Positions 34,685-44,829 of a stretch of 64,000 nt of DNA are shown here, piece by piece. The DNA lies in the sequence record OR699282.2. The stretch is one strand, 5' to 3'. The position numbers and the translations under genes are program-made. A model generated the notes under the pieces. That model did no database searches and was not told the origin of the DNA. It saw only the letters and a program-made list of their open reading frames with translations. Each line of letters opens with the position of its first letter. The first letter of the stretch is position 1.

Positions 34685-35203
34685 ATGCATCAACACAAGC
34701 ATCATTCATATGATTTTGCAATTAACATTATGAAGTTCATTCGAGCGTTGGAGGATGGGAAGCTTAGTCATAAGTACAGAAAAGAGGGTAACAATTGGTT
34801 CAGAAATGATGATGATGAGTTCAGAAGTCATAAGATTGTTTACAGCAATAATTACAGTGCCAATTACCTACAAGATGTAGTGATGTGTTTTGAATACGTG
34901 TTGCAGTTCAGGGGTTCAATCCAGGATGAGTTGATGGAGCACATGTACATCAGATACCTTCCAATGCTCAAAGATGAAAATGTATTATTAAATTCAATAT
35001 ACCAACGAGTTCGTGAAATTGAGTGCAGGGATATATTAGATACAGAAGAATCGTATTTCCAGCAATCCCTGATTTATGCACCTGATTTATTACAGGTACA
35101 TAATTTGTTTAATACATTACGTCAAAACATCAGTACAGACATATTTTTGTCATTATCGGATTATGATACATTTGTCAAAGATTTAGAGGAAATAGGTTTA
35201 TGA
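34685..35203 (+). CDS. family B protein
   Basis: DTEESYFQQSLIY. Confidence 0.8.
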   Translation: MHQHKHHSYDFAINIMKFIRALEDGKLSHKYRKEGNNWFRNDDDEFRSHKIVYSNNYSANYLQDVVMCFEYVLQFRGSIQDELMEHMYIRYLPMLKDENVLLNSIYQRVREIECRDILDTEESYFQQSLIYAPDLLQVHNLFNTLRQNISTDIFLSLSDYDTFVKDLEEIGL

Positions 35204-35544
35204 GTCAATTTTCGGTTTATATAGTAAACGTCAGTAAAGATGGTAGTTTAATTGAATTTGATGTAGTTGATAACAATGATAATTCATATGGTATTAAGGT
35301 ACAGGACAATGATGTACAGTTCAGTACAAGGACAAATTTTGAGAATCCAGTCCAAGTTCCGAATTTCATAGAAGATGAAGCTGCACGATTCCAATACGAA
35401 ACGGCATATGACAATGTACATATGCATATTATTATGCAAACGAGTTTAGTTCAATTAGTTCCTTTGTTCAGACAAAATATATATGTACATGAAGTGTCGA
35501 TTAATGGCATTCAAAGTTCCGTTTTGTTCGGTACAAATATGTAA
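35200..35544 (+). CDS. family B protein
   Basis: EDEAARFQYETAYD. Confidence 0.7.
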   Translation: MSQFSVYIVNVSKDGSLIEFDVVDNNDNSYGIKVQDNDVQFSTRTNFENPVQVPNFIEDEAARFQYETAYDNVHMHIIMQTSLVQLVPLFRQNIYVHEVSINGIQSSVLFGTNM

Positions 35545-35554
35545 GGAAAGTACA

Positions 35555-36106
35555 ATGAGTTCAATGAGTTTATTAGATACATTAGAAAAAGACAGAAGTG
35601 CAATTAAGCGTTTAAAAGAGCAAGTACAAAAGATTGTATACAACGTTGATAAGTTTGAAGTCCCAGGAAGATTTGGTGATATTTCCCATACGGAGATCAA
35701 ATCCCTTAAGTCAGATTTGTTGATTAAAAATAAAAATGGGTTGATTTTAGTTTTGAGTTCAGATATGATGGGGGCAACACATAGTTATAATGCAGTATCG
35801 GTGCGTTCAGAGTGTGAAGGTATATATCTATCACAGGGTTTCAATAGCGAGACACAGGTTTGTTTTTGTGATGCAGTACATGACCCTATGAAGTTCACGA
35901 GAAGTGAAGCCCAAGCGTTATTAGAGCTATCAGACGAGAGTTTGTTTCAGTACAGTACAATGTATGACAATGATAAGCTTCGTTGTATGTACGCTGTAAA
36001 GCATTATACACAGGAGTTTTCTGGATTTGCATACCTTTTAGTTAGAACCAATACCAGATATATTGATATGTTAGAAGATTACATCGATAAAGTTGTTAAT
36101 GTATGA
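35555..36106 (+). CDS. family B protein
   Basis: LSDESLFQYSTMYD; start moved. Confidence 0.8.
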   Translation: MSSMSLLDTLEKDRSAIKRLKEQVQKIVYNVDKFEVPGRFGDISHTEIKSLKSDLLIKNKNGLILVLSSDMMGATHSYNAVSVRSECEGIYLSQGFNSETQVCFCDAVHDPMKFTRSEAQALLELSDESLFQYSTMYDNDKLRCMYAVKHYTQEFSGFAYLLVRTNTRYIDMLEDYIDKVVNV

Positions 36107-36296
36107 TGTATTATTATGGGATGGGATAATGCTGATGAAAGAGTTATTTGAAGATCAGTTCAATACATATGTGGATAATATTCTTTATTCCAGCCGTGCT
36201 AGTCAACGAGGAAATCGTGCTTACAATATAGATTACCTATTAGTGGTGCTGAGTTCACAGTACACCTACGCTGTACAGAGGACATATTATGAATAA
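36093..36296 (+). CDS. hypothetical protein
   Basis: Coupled ORF. Confidence 0.65.
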   Translation: MLMYDVLLWDGIMLMKELFEDQFNTYVDNILYSSRASQRGNRAYNIDYLLVVLSSQYTYAVQRTYYE

Positions 36297-36492
36297 TTTT
36301 AGAGATGTTGCTAAGGAGAAGTTCAAGTGCAGTTTAGATTACGGTTTAAATGATTTTCTTACATGCACAATGTACAGGAATGATGATTATGAGCAATCCG
36401 TAATTTCGTTGCACAGATATTTCGAAATAATTTACGCAAGATATCTTAGAAGGTTAGATGGGATAGGGGATTGGAATTATGATTACGTTTGA
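36289..36492 (+). CDS. hypothetical protein
   Basis: Coupled ORF, SD GAGG. Confidence 0.65.
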   Translation: MNNFRDVAKEKFKCSLDYGLNDFLTCTMYRNDDYEQSVISLHRYFEIIYARYLRRLDGIGDWNYDYV

Positions 36493-36688
36493 AGAGCCGG
36501 AAGTGTTAAGTTCGCATAGTATTAAGGGTTTTGAATACATGATGGATTTGATTTTGAAGGATACATATTTGGTTCAGAGTGTAGATAATACGGTACACCG
36601 AGTATTGAATTTATACGAGATGACGAGTCGAAGGCTTTGTGCGATGAAAAGGATTGAAGAAATCAAGCTTTCTAGGCTGAATAAATAG
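36479..36688 (+). CDS. hypothetical protein
   Basis: Coupled ORF. Confidence 0.65.
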   Translation: MITFEEPEVLSSHSIKGFEYMMDLILKDTYLVQSVDNTVHRVLNLYEMTSRRLCAMKRIEEIKLSRLNK

Positions 36689-36884
36689 AGACGTTTCATT
36701 TTTACAGGCCGCAGGGGGTCAAAAAAATTTCCGCTGAAAAACATGCTAAGGTATATGTTTAATATAAAGTTTTATATTGTGTTTTTCAGAGTACAGTCCA
36801 TGTTTCCTGAAACAAAAAATACCCCGCCCCCGCAACGTGCTCCTTATATTGGAGTTTACCTTATTAATTATAGTAGAGATTAAG

Positions 36885-37262
36885 ATGGAAATAAAATATA
36901 ATGAATTTTGTGCAAGGACATGGATGTACACTGGTGAGTTAGTTACGCACTCTAACTTATACAAGGGTGATTTAAACTACGCTAGGGACAAGATTTTAAA
37001 GTACTGGAATGCTGACTTTTATTTGATGGATTTTAGTACTGGGTTTCATGGGATATCTATCGAGATGCCGGACTATACAGTACTTGATGATGCTGCACTG
37101 TTCCAGGAGGCATTAGTATTTGATAAGAAGTACATCTGTACATTAGAAGAGATGATTGAATTACAGCGTAGAATTAAATGTATTCACAGGGAATGTATAG
37201 ATATCTGGTGCAGTACTGGTGAGGCCGATTTCTGGAAATTTTTTAATCTAGGAGAAGAGTGA
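36885..37262 (+). CDS. family B protein (DYTxLD subfamily)
   Basis: DYTVLDDAALFQEALVFD; start moved. Confidence 0.8.
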   Translation: MEIKYNEFCARTWMYTGELVTHSNLYKGDLNYARDKILKYWNADFYLMDFSTGFHGISIEMPDYTVLDDAALFQEALVFDKKYICTLEEMIELQRRIKCIHRECIDIWCSTGEADFWKFFNLGEE

Positions 37263-37618
37263 TGGAATTTGATTTTTTAATATCAGTACATACTTTCAAG
37301 CACAGTTATCAGTACTTTTGTAATTTAAACAAAGGTGATTTAATGCACAGTGCGAATGAGTATGTTCATTACACTCAGGGTAAATTTACATTCATTGATT
37401 ACAGTTCATTACAGTATCCACACCAAGATATGCCGGACTATACATTAATGGATACCGCAGAACTATTCCAAGAATCATTAGTATTTGATAAGAAGTACTT
37501 GTGTACATTTGAAGAAGTTATTGCAATACAAAATGAAATGAAAGAGTATGCTGCTTTGCATAAACCCAATGCAAGTATTAATCAAGAATACAAATTCAAT
37601 TTAGGAATTCAAGAATGA
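37259..37618 (+). CDS. family B protein (DYTxLD subfamily)
   Basis: DYTLMDTAELFQESLVFD. Confidence 0.8.
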   Translation: MMEFDFLISVHTFKHSYQYFCNLNKGDLMHSANEYVHYTQGKFTFIDYSSLQYPHQDMPDYTLMDTAELFQESLVFDKKYLCTFEEVIAIQNEMKEYAALHKPNASINQEYKFNLGIQE

Positions 37619-37974
37619 CATATGATTATTCTATGTACTATTATAAGTTACCTAAAGGATGGGACTTGTGCTGTAATCTTATTAAGGGCGACTCGGAACA
37701 TGAGTTGAGTTTATATATGCATTACAAAGATTCTTGTTTTAAATTTATTCATGTATCACATGACGACTATGACTATGAATCTGAGAGTCTTATAGATTAT
37801 ACAGTACTGGACGATGGCGAACTATTTCAGGCTGCATTAGTGTTTGATAAGAATAAGTACTCCTGTACATTTGAAGAAATGGTTTCTTTGCAAAATGAAA
37901 TGAAGAGATTTGAAAAAGAAAACGTATTTAATCCATCCCCATCAAGAACGAATAATTATTATTTCAATATATGA
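37615..37974 (+). CDS. family B protein (DYTxLD subfamily)
   Basis: DYTVLDDGELFQAALVFD. Confidence 0.8.
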   Translation: MTYDYSMYYYKLPKGWDLCCNLIKGDSEHELSLYMHYKDSCFKFIHVSHDDYDYESESLIDYTVLDDGELFQAALVFDKNKYSCTFEEMVSLQNEMKRFEKENVFNPSPSRTNNYYFNI

Positions 37975-37983
37975 GATTATAAA

Positions 37984-38475
37984 ATGACATTACAGAGTTC
38001 ATTGGAAAAAGCAAAGAAGATTCATGAGTACATGAATATGGCAAAAGAAGGTTCAGTTTACGGTGTTTTCAAAGACACAAGTACTCAATATTATGTACCG
38101 GATAACCTCCTTTATAATGACTGCTCAGATACAGAAACGTGCGTACTGGATACAGAAACGTGCATACTAGATACCGACCCTAATGATTATGAATGCTTCA
38201 TTAATATGCATAATGAGTACATGGTCTATATTAATGATACAGATACCATCAACAGTACTGACAGCGATTCCAATGACATTATAATTCCGAGTGAAGTACT
38301 GGAAGGTCCGTGGGATAGTGAAGAGTATTACTTCCAACAAAGTACTGTATATGATAATGAAGTACTTGATGTTATTATAATTATGTGGTACTTTAAAAGT
38401 ATTGGTTCTGGGAACTTCTATTTCGATTACAAATACGTAAAGAAAACTGTAGATAACGGTATTAACAGGGGTTGA
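37984..38475 (+). CDS. family B protein (GPWDSEEYYFQ subfamily)
   Basis: GPWDSEEYYFQQSTVYD; 21-bp in-frame tandem repeat 38128-38169. Confidence 0.8.
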   Translation: MTLQSSLEKAKKIHEYMNMAKEGSVYGVFKDTSTQYYVPDNLLYNDCSDTETCVLDTETCILDTDPNDYECFINMHNEYMVYINDTDTINSTDSDSNDIIIPSEVLEGPWDSEEYYFQQSTVYDNEVLDVIIIMWYFKSIGSGNFYFDYKYVKKTVDNGINRG

Positions 38476-38476
38476 A

Positions 38477-38947
38477 ATGAGTTTAGAAAGAGCATTAGAG
38501 ATTGCGAAGTTAATTGATTTATGCAGCAAAGAAATTGTAGCAAATTGTCTTAATGGATATCTATTCAAGGAAGGTAAATCTTATTGTCGAATGAGATACG
38601 ATGACAGTAGTGAGTACATTCACATGTATGAAGAAAACTTAGATTCTTCTGAAACAACACTCAATGGGTGTGATGTTAATTTGGAAGATAATTACATGTA
38701 CTTCTGTCGTGATGCTGATATTTTAATACAAGATTCTGACATTATATCTGGTGCAGCAGAGAAACATCTTCCGTATTCAGTACTGGATAATGACTGGGGA
38801 AGTGAAGAGTTCTACTTCCAGCAGAATACTATCTACGAGGAATATGTGCTTGACAAGCTTGTCATTCTGTGGTACTTTAATAATACCGATTGTCCTAGCT
38901 TCTATCTGGACTTGGATCTACTACGAGTTATTAAAGAGGATATATGA
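38477..38947 (+). CDS. family B protein (GPWDSEEYYFQ subfamily)
   Basis: WGSEEFYFQQNTIYE. Confidence 0.8.
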   Translation: MSLERALEIAKLIDLCSKEIVANCLNGYLFKEGKSYCRMRYDDSSEYIHMYEENLDSSETTLNGCDVNLEDNYMYFCRDADILIQDSDIISGAAEKHLPYSVLDNDWGSEEFYFQQNTIYEEYVLDKLVILWYFNNTDCPSFYLDLDLLRVIKEDI

Positions 38948-39384
38948 GTTTAGCAAGTGCACTTAAACTGGCACACAAAATACATCACTTCCACGATAAC
39001 ATAAAAAGTGGTTTCTATGGTGATAAAGTAAGTGCATTTGGTAATGAGTATTATCTATCAGGTATAAAGACATACTCTGATGATATTTTACTTATGGGCC
39101 ATGATAAAGACAATACTATACAGTACTCTTCATGTAGTCAATATACTAGTTTCTTTGTATATATTCCAGGTACTAAGATTACTTTTGACACATCAAATAC
39201 ACCTGTTGACTTCGGGGTACTTGATGGGCCGTGGGGTACTGAAGAGTATTACTTCCAACAGAGTCTTATTTTTAACCAAGAAATGCTTGATTCCTTGGTT
39301 GTTTTGTGGTACTTTAAGGAATTGAATTTTGAACCCTTCTTCCTTGACTGGGGAGCATGTGAATATTTAAGTACAGGGGATTAG
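38944..39384 (+). CDS. family B protein (GPWDSEEYYFQ subfamily)
   Basis: GPWGTEEYYFQQSLIFN. Confidence 0.8.
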   Translation: MSLASALKLAHKIHHFHDNIKSGFYGDKVSAFGNEYYLSGIKTYSDDILLMGHDKDNTIQYSSCSQYTSFFVYIPGTKITFDTSNTPVDFGVLDGPWGTEEYYFQQSLIFNQEMLDSLVVLWYFKELNFEPFFLDWGACEYLSTGD

Positions 39385-39386
39385 TA

Positions 39387-39878
39387 ATGTCATTAGAAAG
39401 TGCATTGAAAGAAGCAAAGAAGATTCATGAGTACATGATTATGGTACAAGAAGGTTCAGTGCCTGGTGTGTATAAAACATCTGATACTGAATTTTTTGTA
39501 AAAGACCGCGACGATTATGATGAGTCAGAGATACATGCAGAAACGTTAGTACTACACACTGATACGGGTGATACTGATGACTGTGAATATCATATGTACA
39601 ATCAGTACATTAGTTATTGTAGAGATGAAGATATTATAATTTACAGCCCTGATTACGATGATTATGACACAATCATTCCGTATTCAGTACTAGAAGGTCC
39701 GTGGGATAGTGAAGAATATTACTTCCAGAATAGTACGTTGTACAATGAAGAAGAATTAGATGTTATTGTAATTATGTGGTACTTTAAAAGTATTGGTTCT
39801 GATAGTTTCTATTTCGATTATGAATACGTAGAGAATACTGTAGGGGAAGATAATGTCATTACAAAGTGCTCTGGATAA
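39387..39878 (+). CDS. family B protein (GPWDSEEYYFQ subfamily)
   Basis: GPWDSEEYYFQNSTLYN. Confidence 0.8.
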   Translation: MSLESALKEAKKIHEYMIMVQEGSVPGVYKTSDTEFFVKDRDDYDESEIHAETLVLHTDTGDTDDCEYHMYNQYISYCRDEDIIIYSPDYDDYDTIIPYSVLEGPWDSEEYYFQNSTLYNEEELDVIVIMWYFKSIGSDSFYFDYEYVENTVGEDNVITKCSG

Positions 39879-40296
39879 AGCAAAAGAACTACAGGTATAT
39901 ATTGAAGATATCAAGGCTGGGAAGTTCGAAGAAGTATACAAAGCCGAGAATGGTAACTACTACAAGGATAGTGATTTTGCTACAACTACAGTTATTCTTG
40001 GGTTGAATTCCAAAAGTCCCGCAGATTTTTCACAATACAATCCAGATGCAGAATTTATCAGTTATGCTTATGGTGGTGAAATCCGTTTTTATAATCGCAG
40101 CAGACCTTTAAAATTGAACTTTGAAGTACTGAAAGGTCCGTGGGATAGTGAAGAGTATTACTTTCAGAATAGTACTTTGTATGATGATGAAGTACTAGAT
40201 ACTTTAGTTATTATGTGGTACTTTAAAAGTATTGATAGTACAAGGTTTTATTTGGATTATGAATATGTACGTGCCGAACATAAGGGTAAACGATGA
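39853..40296 (+). CDS. family B protein (GPWDSEEYYFQ subfamily)
   Basis: GPWDSEEYYFQNSTLYD. Confidence 0.8.
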   Translation: MSLQSALDKAKELQVYIEDIKAGKFEEVYKAENGNYYKDSDFATTTVILGLNSKSPADFSQYNPDAEFISYAYGGEIRFYNRSRPLKLNFEVLKGPWDSEEYYFQNSTLYDDEVLDTLVIMWYFKSIDSTRFYLDYEYVRAEHKGKR

Positions 40297-40607
40297 AATT
40301 ATTATACAGTATTCAGTACATTCCAGGTACAATTAGTTTAATGTATTTCTTCGATCATGATAATTTCCAGCACCTTGCCGTTAGAAGATGTAATGAATCT
40401 TTAATGATTGAATATCTTCACGATTGTGATTATCTTCCTGACTTCCTTGAATGTGATTACAGAGATGATCATGAATCATTTATTTTTCAGGAATCACTTG
40501 TATGGGATAAGAGAATTAATTTTTATGCTTTACTTGAGATACAAAAACATGTGAAGTACTACTGGGATTACTTAATTACCCAAAAATATATAGAGATTGA
40601 AATATAA
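40293..40607 (+). CDS. family B protein
   Basis: HESFIFQESLVWD. Confidence 0.8.
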   Translation: MKLLYSIQYIPGTISLMYFFDHDNFQHLAVRRCNESLMIEYLHDCDYLPDFLECDYRDDHESFIFQESLVWDKRINFYALLEIQKHVKYYWDYLITQKYIEIEI

Positions 40608-41080
40608 TGTACGAAAGTGATCTTAAGCACGCTGAGGAATTAGTTAATATAGTAAAGTTCTTTCAAAATAATGTAAAGTACTTAGACGACAAAGGGGCAT
40701 ATATTAGTACTATAAGTGTTGGTACAGATATTCTAGGATTAGGTAATGAATATAAGTACGAGTCCCATGATTATGATTTGGAATTCAAGTACTTCGAATG
40801 GAATCCTGGAACTTTCTATTCAATCGATGAAAGTGGGAAATATTTTGAATTCACCGAAGAAGACGTACTATTCTTAAATTCAGAAGATGCTTACTTCCAG
40901 TACAGTACTATATACCCAAATAGTGCATTAAGATCTTTAGTAGTTTTTAATGCATTTCTGAAAGAGAACTTTAATAATTCTATATTCATTGATTTAAATT
41001 ATGTATATGAACTAAATCAGGTGATATATATGGAGTCCAGAAAAAATGAGTTACGAAAGTGCAATCAAGAAAGCAAATGA
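40607..41080 (+). CDS. family B protein
   Basis: NSEDAYFQYSTIYP. Confidence 0.8.
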   Translation: MYESDLKHAEELVNIVKFFQNNVKYLDDKGAYISTISVGTDILGLGNEYKYESHDYDLEFKYFEWNPGTFYSIDESGKYFEFTEEDVLFLNSEDAYFQYSTIYPNSALRSLVVFNAFLKENFNNSIFIDLNYVYELNQVIYMESRKNELRKCNQESK

Positions 41081-41492
41081 TATTCTAAAAGTTGTTAAGT
41101 TCTTCAAAGAAAATCCTGAATACGTAGATGATGAACGAAGAGAAGTTTCTAATGGCACGAAGATTACAATTGATTCTTTATTTGATACTAGCAACAACAA
41201 CTGTAGTACTATTGAATTAGCATACGATTATATTTCATTGAACAGAAAATATGATGAAGTTACGATAGAGCGTCATGAGAATGAAGAATCTTTTAAAATT
41301 TCTGATATTTTATCTCTGAGTACAGAAGAAGGGTACTTCCAGGGAAGTACTGTTTATAATGAAGGAACACTAGACAATCTATGTACATTTAGTGTACTAT
41401 ATCAGAAGTCAGTACTGGATATATTTTATCTAGACACTGAAAAACTTGATAGGTTAGTTGATTTCGTTACTATAGAAGAGGCATCCGTTTGA
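41046..41492 (+). CDS. family B protein
   Basis: STEEGYFQGSTVYN. Confidence 0.8.
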   Translation: MSYESAIKKANDILKVVKFFKENPEYVDDERREVSNGTKITIDSLFDTSNNNCSTIELAYDYISLNRKYDEVTIERHENEESFKISDILSLSTEEGYFQGSTVYNEGTLDNLCTFSVLYQKSVLDIFYLDTEKLDRLVDFVTIEEASV

Positions 41493-42025
41493 GAAAAATT
41501 AACATTAATGATTATGATGCATTACAAGATTTATCAAAAAAGATTCGCACTATCGTACCAGTACTGAAGAAATGCAGTACTGGTTTAATCGATCCTAGTA
41601 CTGTTGTTAATGAGAAGTACAATTTTCATTATGTATTACAGGGTACTGGGGCATTCCAGAAGTGTGAGGTGCGTGAGACACACGTAATTGATACATCATT
41701 GTTTTCTATTGGTGCACCTGTGTCGAATAATACTATTTTCCTAGACAACGCTGGAAATATTCAACAATTAACATTTAAGAAAAGGAAAAAGAACAATAAC
41801 ATTGGTGTGTATGCGATGAAGTGGGGTCAACCTGATTTGAAGCGTGAAATTCACATCCCTAAGTACAATTACAATGCATTTGACGAACAGTGTTTTCAAC
41901 TATCGTGTACTGACCCTGACTATGCTATTATTCAGTTCTATATGGAATTGCAGATAGCATTTAACAGTAATTTGTATATTAACTTATTGGCGATGAACAT
42001 CGATGAAGTATTCAAAAACATTTAA
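41489..42025 (+). CDS. family B protein
   Basis: FDEQCFQLSC. Confidence 0.75.
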   Translation: MRKININDYDALQDLSKKIRTIVPVLKKCSTGLIDPSTVVNEKYNFHYVLQGTGAFQKCEVRETHVIDTSLFSIGAPVSNNTIFLDNAGNIQQLTFKKRKKNNNIGVYAMKWGQPDLKREIHIPKYNYNAFDEQCFQLSCTDPDYAIIQFYMELQIAFNSNLYINLLAMNIDEVFKNI

Positions 42026-42221
42026 TCGAATTGAATACATGAGAACTGTGAGTGCAGTGTGGGACATATGGTTCACTACTAAACCAAAAATGGATTACCA
42101 TGACTTTAAGCTCTTGTTCTTCGTTGGCTCTAACAAACAGGATGTTGCAATGAAGGGTTATATTCAGCACTTACAGGAACTAATCCAGAAGAGAATATAT
42201 GAAAATAATAGACCAAAATGA
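42003..42221 (+). CDS. family A mini-protein
   Basis: FFVGSNKQD. Confidence 0.7.
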   Translation: MKYSKTFNRIEYMRTVSAVWDIWFTTKPKMDYHDFKLLFFVGSNKQDVAMKGYIQHLQELIQKRIYENNRPK

Positions 42222-42390
42222 CATTGCTAAACTATTCAATATATATTCTACTAGAATGATGCAAACAGACTCATATAGTACTGAATTCAAAGAGTTGAAA
42301 GTCCTGATGTACTTGGGAACCCAATATCAGGAACAAGTTATTTTGGAATATATTAATTCGCTGAAGAAGGATATCCGTTATGTACGATGA
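42199..42390 (+). CDS. family A mini-protein
   Basis: YLGTQYQE. Confidence 0.8.
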   Translation: MKIIDQNDIAKLFNIYSTRMMQTDSYSTEFKELKVLMYLGTQYQEQVILEYINSLKKDIRYVR

Positions 42391-42940
42391 TTTAGATCTT
42401 GCGTTTGAACGTATGGTAATTTTAATGCAATGTGCAGAAATGCATGAAACAATCCGTCGCACCAAAGGGATTGAATATACAAGTAAACTATTCTCATACG
42501 AAAGTCGTCGAGGGATGGATCATTTTTACTGCACTGATTGTTCAAAGTTTTCAGTACTGAAATATTATCATCCTACTGTTTCCAATAATAGTTTAATATC
42601 CACATATGACGGTGATCTGTTTAGTGTAATGTATGACACATTACATCCATCAATTTCAATCTATAAAGATTGCGATAGTAGTTTATCGTATATAATTGAA
42701 GATTACTTATCTCCTAATACTGAAGAGAATATTTTTCAGAACAGTGTGTTGTATGATGAATTAAGTATAAAATGCATCTATATGTTCAATAAGTTAAAAG
42801 AGTACGCCGATAATAATTACTTAATTGATAAGTTAGCAGTATTGTCTGTTTCCGTTTTTAATACAAATGACATTGATATGAAATACTATAATGAGATTTG
42901 TAAAGTACATCATATGTATAAGGAACTATTATGTCAATAA
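42380..42940 (+). CDS. family B protein
   Basis: TEENIFQNSVLYD. Confidence 0.8.
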   Translation: MYDDLDLAFERMVILMQCAEMHETIRRTKGIEYTSKLFSYESRRGMDHFYCTDCSKFSVLKYYHPTVSNNSLISTYDGDLFSVMYDTLHPSISIYKDCDSSLSYIIEDYLSPNTEENIFQNSVLYDELSIKCIYMFNKLKEYADNNYLIDKLAVLSVSVFNTNDIDMKYYNEICKVHHMYKELLCQ

Positions 42941-43533
42941 ATGCAAATAAATGTTGTAGTGCAGATGTGCATTTGTTTTTTAAGAAATTAGCAAATGATA
43001 TTATATATATGCAGGAAATGATTTATCACAAACGAGCGGATTTAGAAAAAGCATTAGTACAGTTCTCATTTATGCTTGATGGTGATATATTTCTAGAGAG
43101 TGATGCATTGCGAATAGTATTAGACAAAAATGCTAAAAGATTTTTATTTCATATAGATAATAAATTATGTTCCTCCGTATGTCGTACTTTTTATAATCGT
43201 GATTCGGACTTATATCAATTCCTTTATTCTAAAGGTGCAGTAGAAGCATCATATGGTGATGGTTATGCCCTAGGAAAGAGTATTCCATTTATGAAATCAT
43301 TTAAAATAGAACACATCAGTACTGATGAAGATGTAATGTTCACAAATGATATAACTATGGGACGTGAAGATGCAATGCGATATATTACAAATTCTATGCA
43401 TACATTCTTTCAACGAACAGAATTTGATAATGTATATATATCAAATGTAAATATTTTCAATGACCTGTGTCAGTACTTGAAAAGTGTTTGTGATTTTGAT
43501 GAAAGCTATTGTAAGCTATACACTGAGGTATAA
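42931..43533 (+). CDS. hypothetical protein
   Basis: 200-aa coupled ORF. Confidence 0.75.
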   Translation: MSINANKCCSADVHLFFKKLANDIIYMQEMIYHKRADLEKALVQFSFMLDGDIFLESDALRIVLDKNAKRFLFHIDNKLCSSVCRTFYNRDSDLYQFLYSKGAVEASYGDGYALGKSIPFMKSFKIEHISTDEDVMFTNDITMGREDAMRYITNSMHTFFQRTEFDNVYISNVNIFNDLCQYLKSVCDFDESYCKLYTEV

Positions 43534-43538
43534 AACCA

Positions 43539-43901
43539 ATGAACACATTAAGTATTACATACTATACAACTAAAAAATTAGTTACTTGTTTAATATCATT
43601 GAAGACAAATCATGATGATATGTTTGATATGGCGGCATATGAATTAGAATTATCAGAAGATGGCTTCAAGAGCTATGAAGTATATAGCTATGTTCGTGAA
43701 GATGTAATTGACACTACACTAATGCAAGAGGATGAGTTATTCCAAGAAAGTTTAGTATGGGATAATAAGTACGATTGTAACTTTGATTTCTTATGTTTAA
43801 TCCAGAAAGAAATGAAAAGAATCTTTGATAATTATCCAGTGAAGAGATTGAGTACTGGACCGGAGCAGTACAGGAGAATTTTATTCCGTTATGAAGACTG
43901 A
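43539..43901 (+). CDS. family B protein
   Basis: MQEDELFQESLVWD. Confidence 0.8.
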   Translation: MNTLSITYYTTKKLVTCLISLKTNHDDMFDMAAYELELSEDGFKSYEVYSYVREDVIDTTLMQEDELFQESLVWDNKYDCNFDFLCLIQKEMKRIFDNYPVKRLSTGPEQYRRILFRYED

Positions 43902-44226
43902 ATTAGTGAAAGTAATGTACGCTACTCATATTAAACTACTACTTGTGAAATTTGATTATAATAAAAAACATAATGATTTCTATACTTTAATTCGTGATGA
44001 AAATACATTCTCCTTGCGATGCAACAATATACCGTTGAAGATAAATGATTTTACTTCACTTGACGAGGGTGAATTATTTCAAGAATCATTAGTTTTTAAT
44101 AGTAATATAAAAATTGATATAGAAGTTATTAAAAAATACCAGATTTTATTGAACAAAATTATGAATTGTTATCCATGTGAAATAGGTGGTCATATGCAGT
44201 TCAAATCAAAAATGTATGAATTATGA
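43891..44226 (+). CDS. family B protein
   Basis: LDEGELFQESLVFN. Confidence 0.8.
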   Translation: MKTELVKVMYATHIKLLLVKFDYNKKHNDFYTLIRDENTFSLRCNNIPLKINDFTSLDEGELFQESLVFNSNIKIDIEVIKKYQILLNKIMNCYPCEIGGHMQFKSKMYEL

Positions 44227-44233
44227 GGTTTAT

Positions 44234-44770
44234 ATGTTAGATGAAAAAATGAACAATGGAACACAATATAATCATCTTAAGTTAGATACATTCGAATCAG
44301 CTATCAGTACTGCACAAGATATAATTGATATTATCAAGTTCATTAAAGAAAATAAGTTCAAATGTTTGAAAATACTAAATCGTTCAATGTACCGTGATAA
44401 CAATATTCATGTATCAGTACGTAGACCGAAAGATAAAGAAAGTGGGAGAGATTTCTATAACAACAGTGAGCAGTTCGAATGTGAATATGATCCAGAATTC
44501 AGAGGCGGTTTCATGTGTTACAGTATAAAGGATACCTCACACATTGAGATACGTTCATCGAAAGGTGGCATACGTACATTAGAGTTCATTGATATAGTTT
44601 TAAATCAGGAATACTACTTTCAACTATCATTATTGTTTCCTGCATACGATTTAGGAGTTCTATTCATGTATAAGTACTTTTATGAGCACTGGAATGAAGA
44701 CTTCTATCTGGACTTAGAAGATTACCAATTAGTTTGGAAAGAAATGGTAGAACTTCGCAATCCCTCTTGA
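44234..44770 (+). CDS. family B protein
   Basis: NQEYYFQLSLLFP; start uncertain. Confidence 0.75.
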   Translation: MLDEKMNNGTQYNHLKLDTFESAISTAQDIIDIIKFIKENKFKCLKILNRSMYRDNNIHVSVRRPKDKESGRDFYNNSEQFECEYDPEFRGGFMCYSIKDTSHIEIRSSKGGIRTLEFIDIVLNQEYYFQLSLLFPAYDLGVLFMYKYFYEHWNEDFYLDLEDYQLVWKEMVELRNPS

Positions 44771-44796
44771 CACCCACCGATTCTTTGTGATATAAT
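44767..44796 (+). promoter_or_regulatory. sigma70 promoter, extended -10
   Basis: TTGACA-18-TATAAT with TG. Confidence 0.7.
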
Positions 44797-44829
44797 CCCT
44801 TTATATTAATTGTAAAGGGTTATAACACA

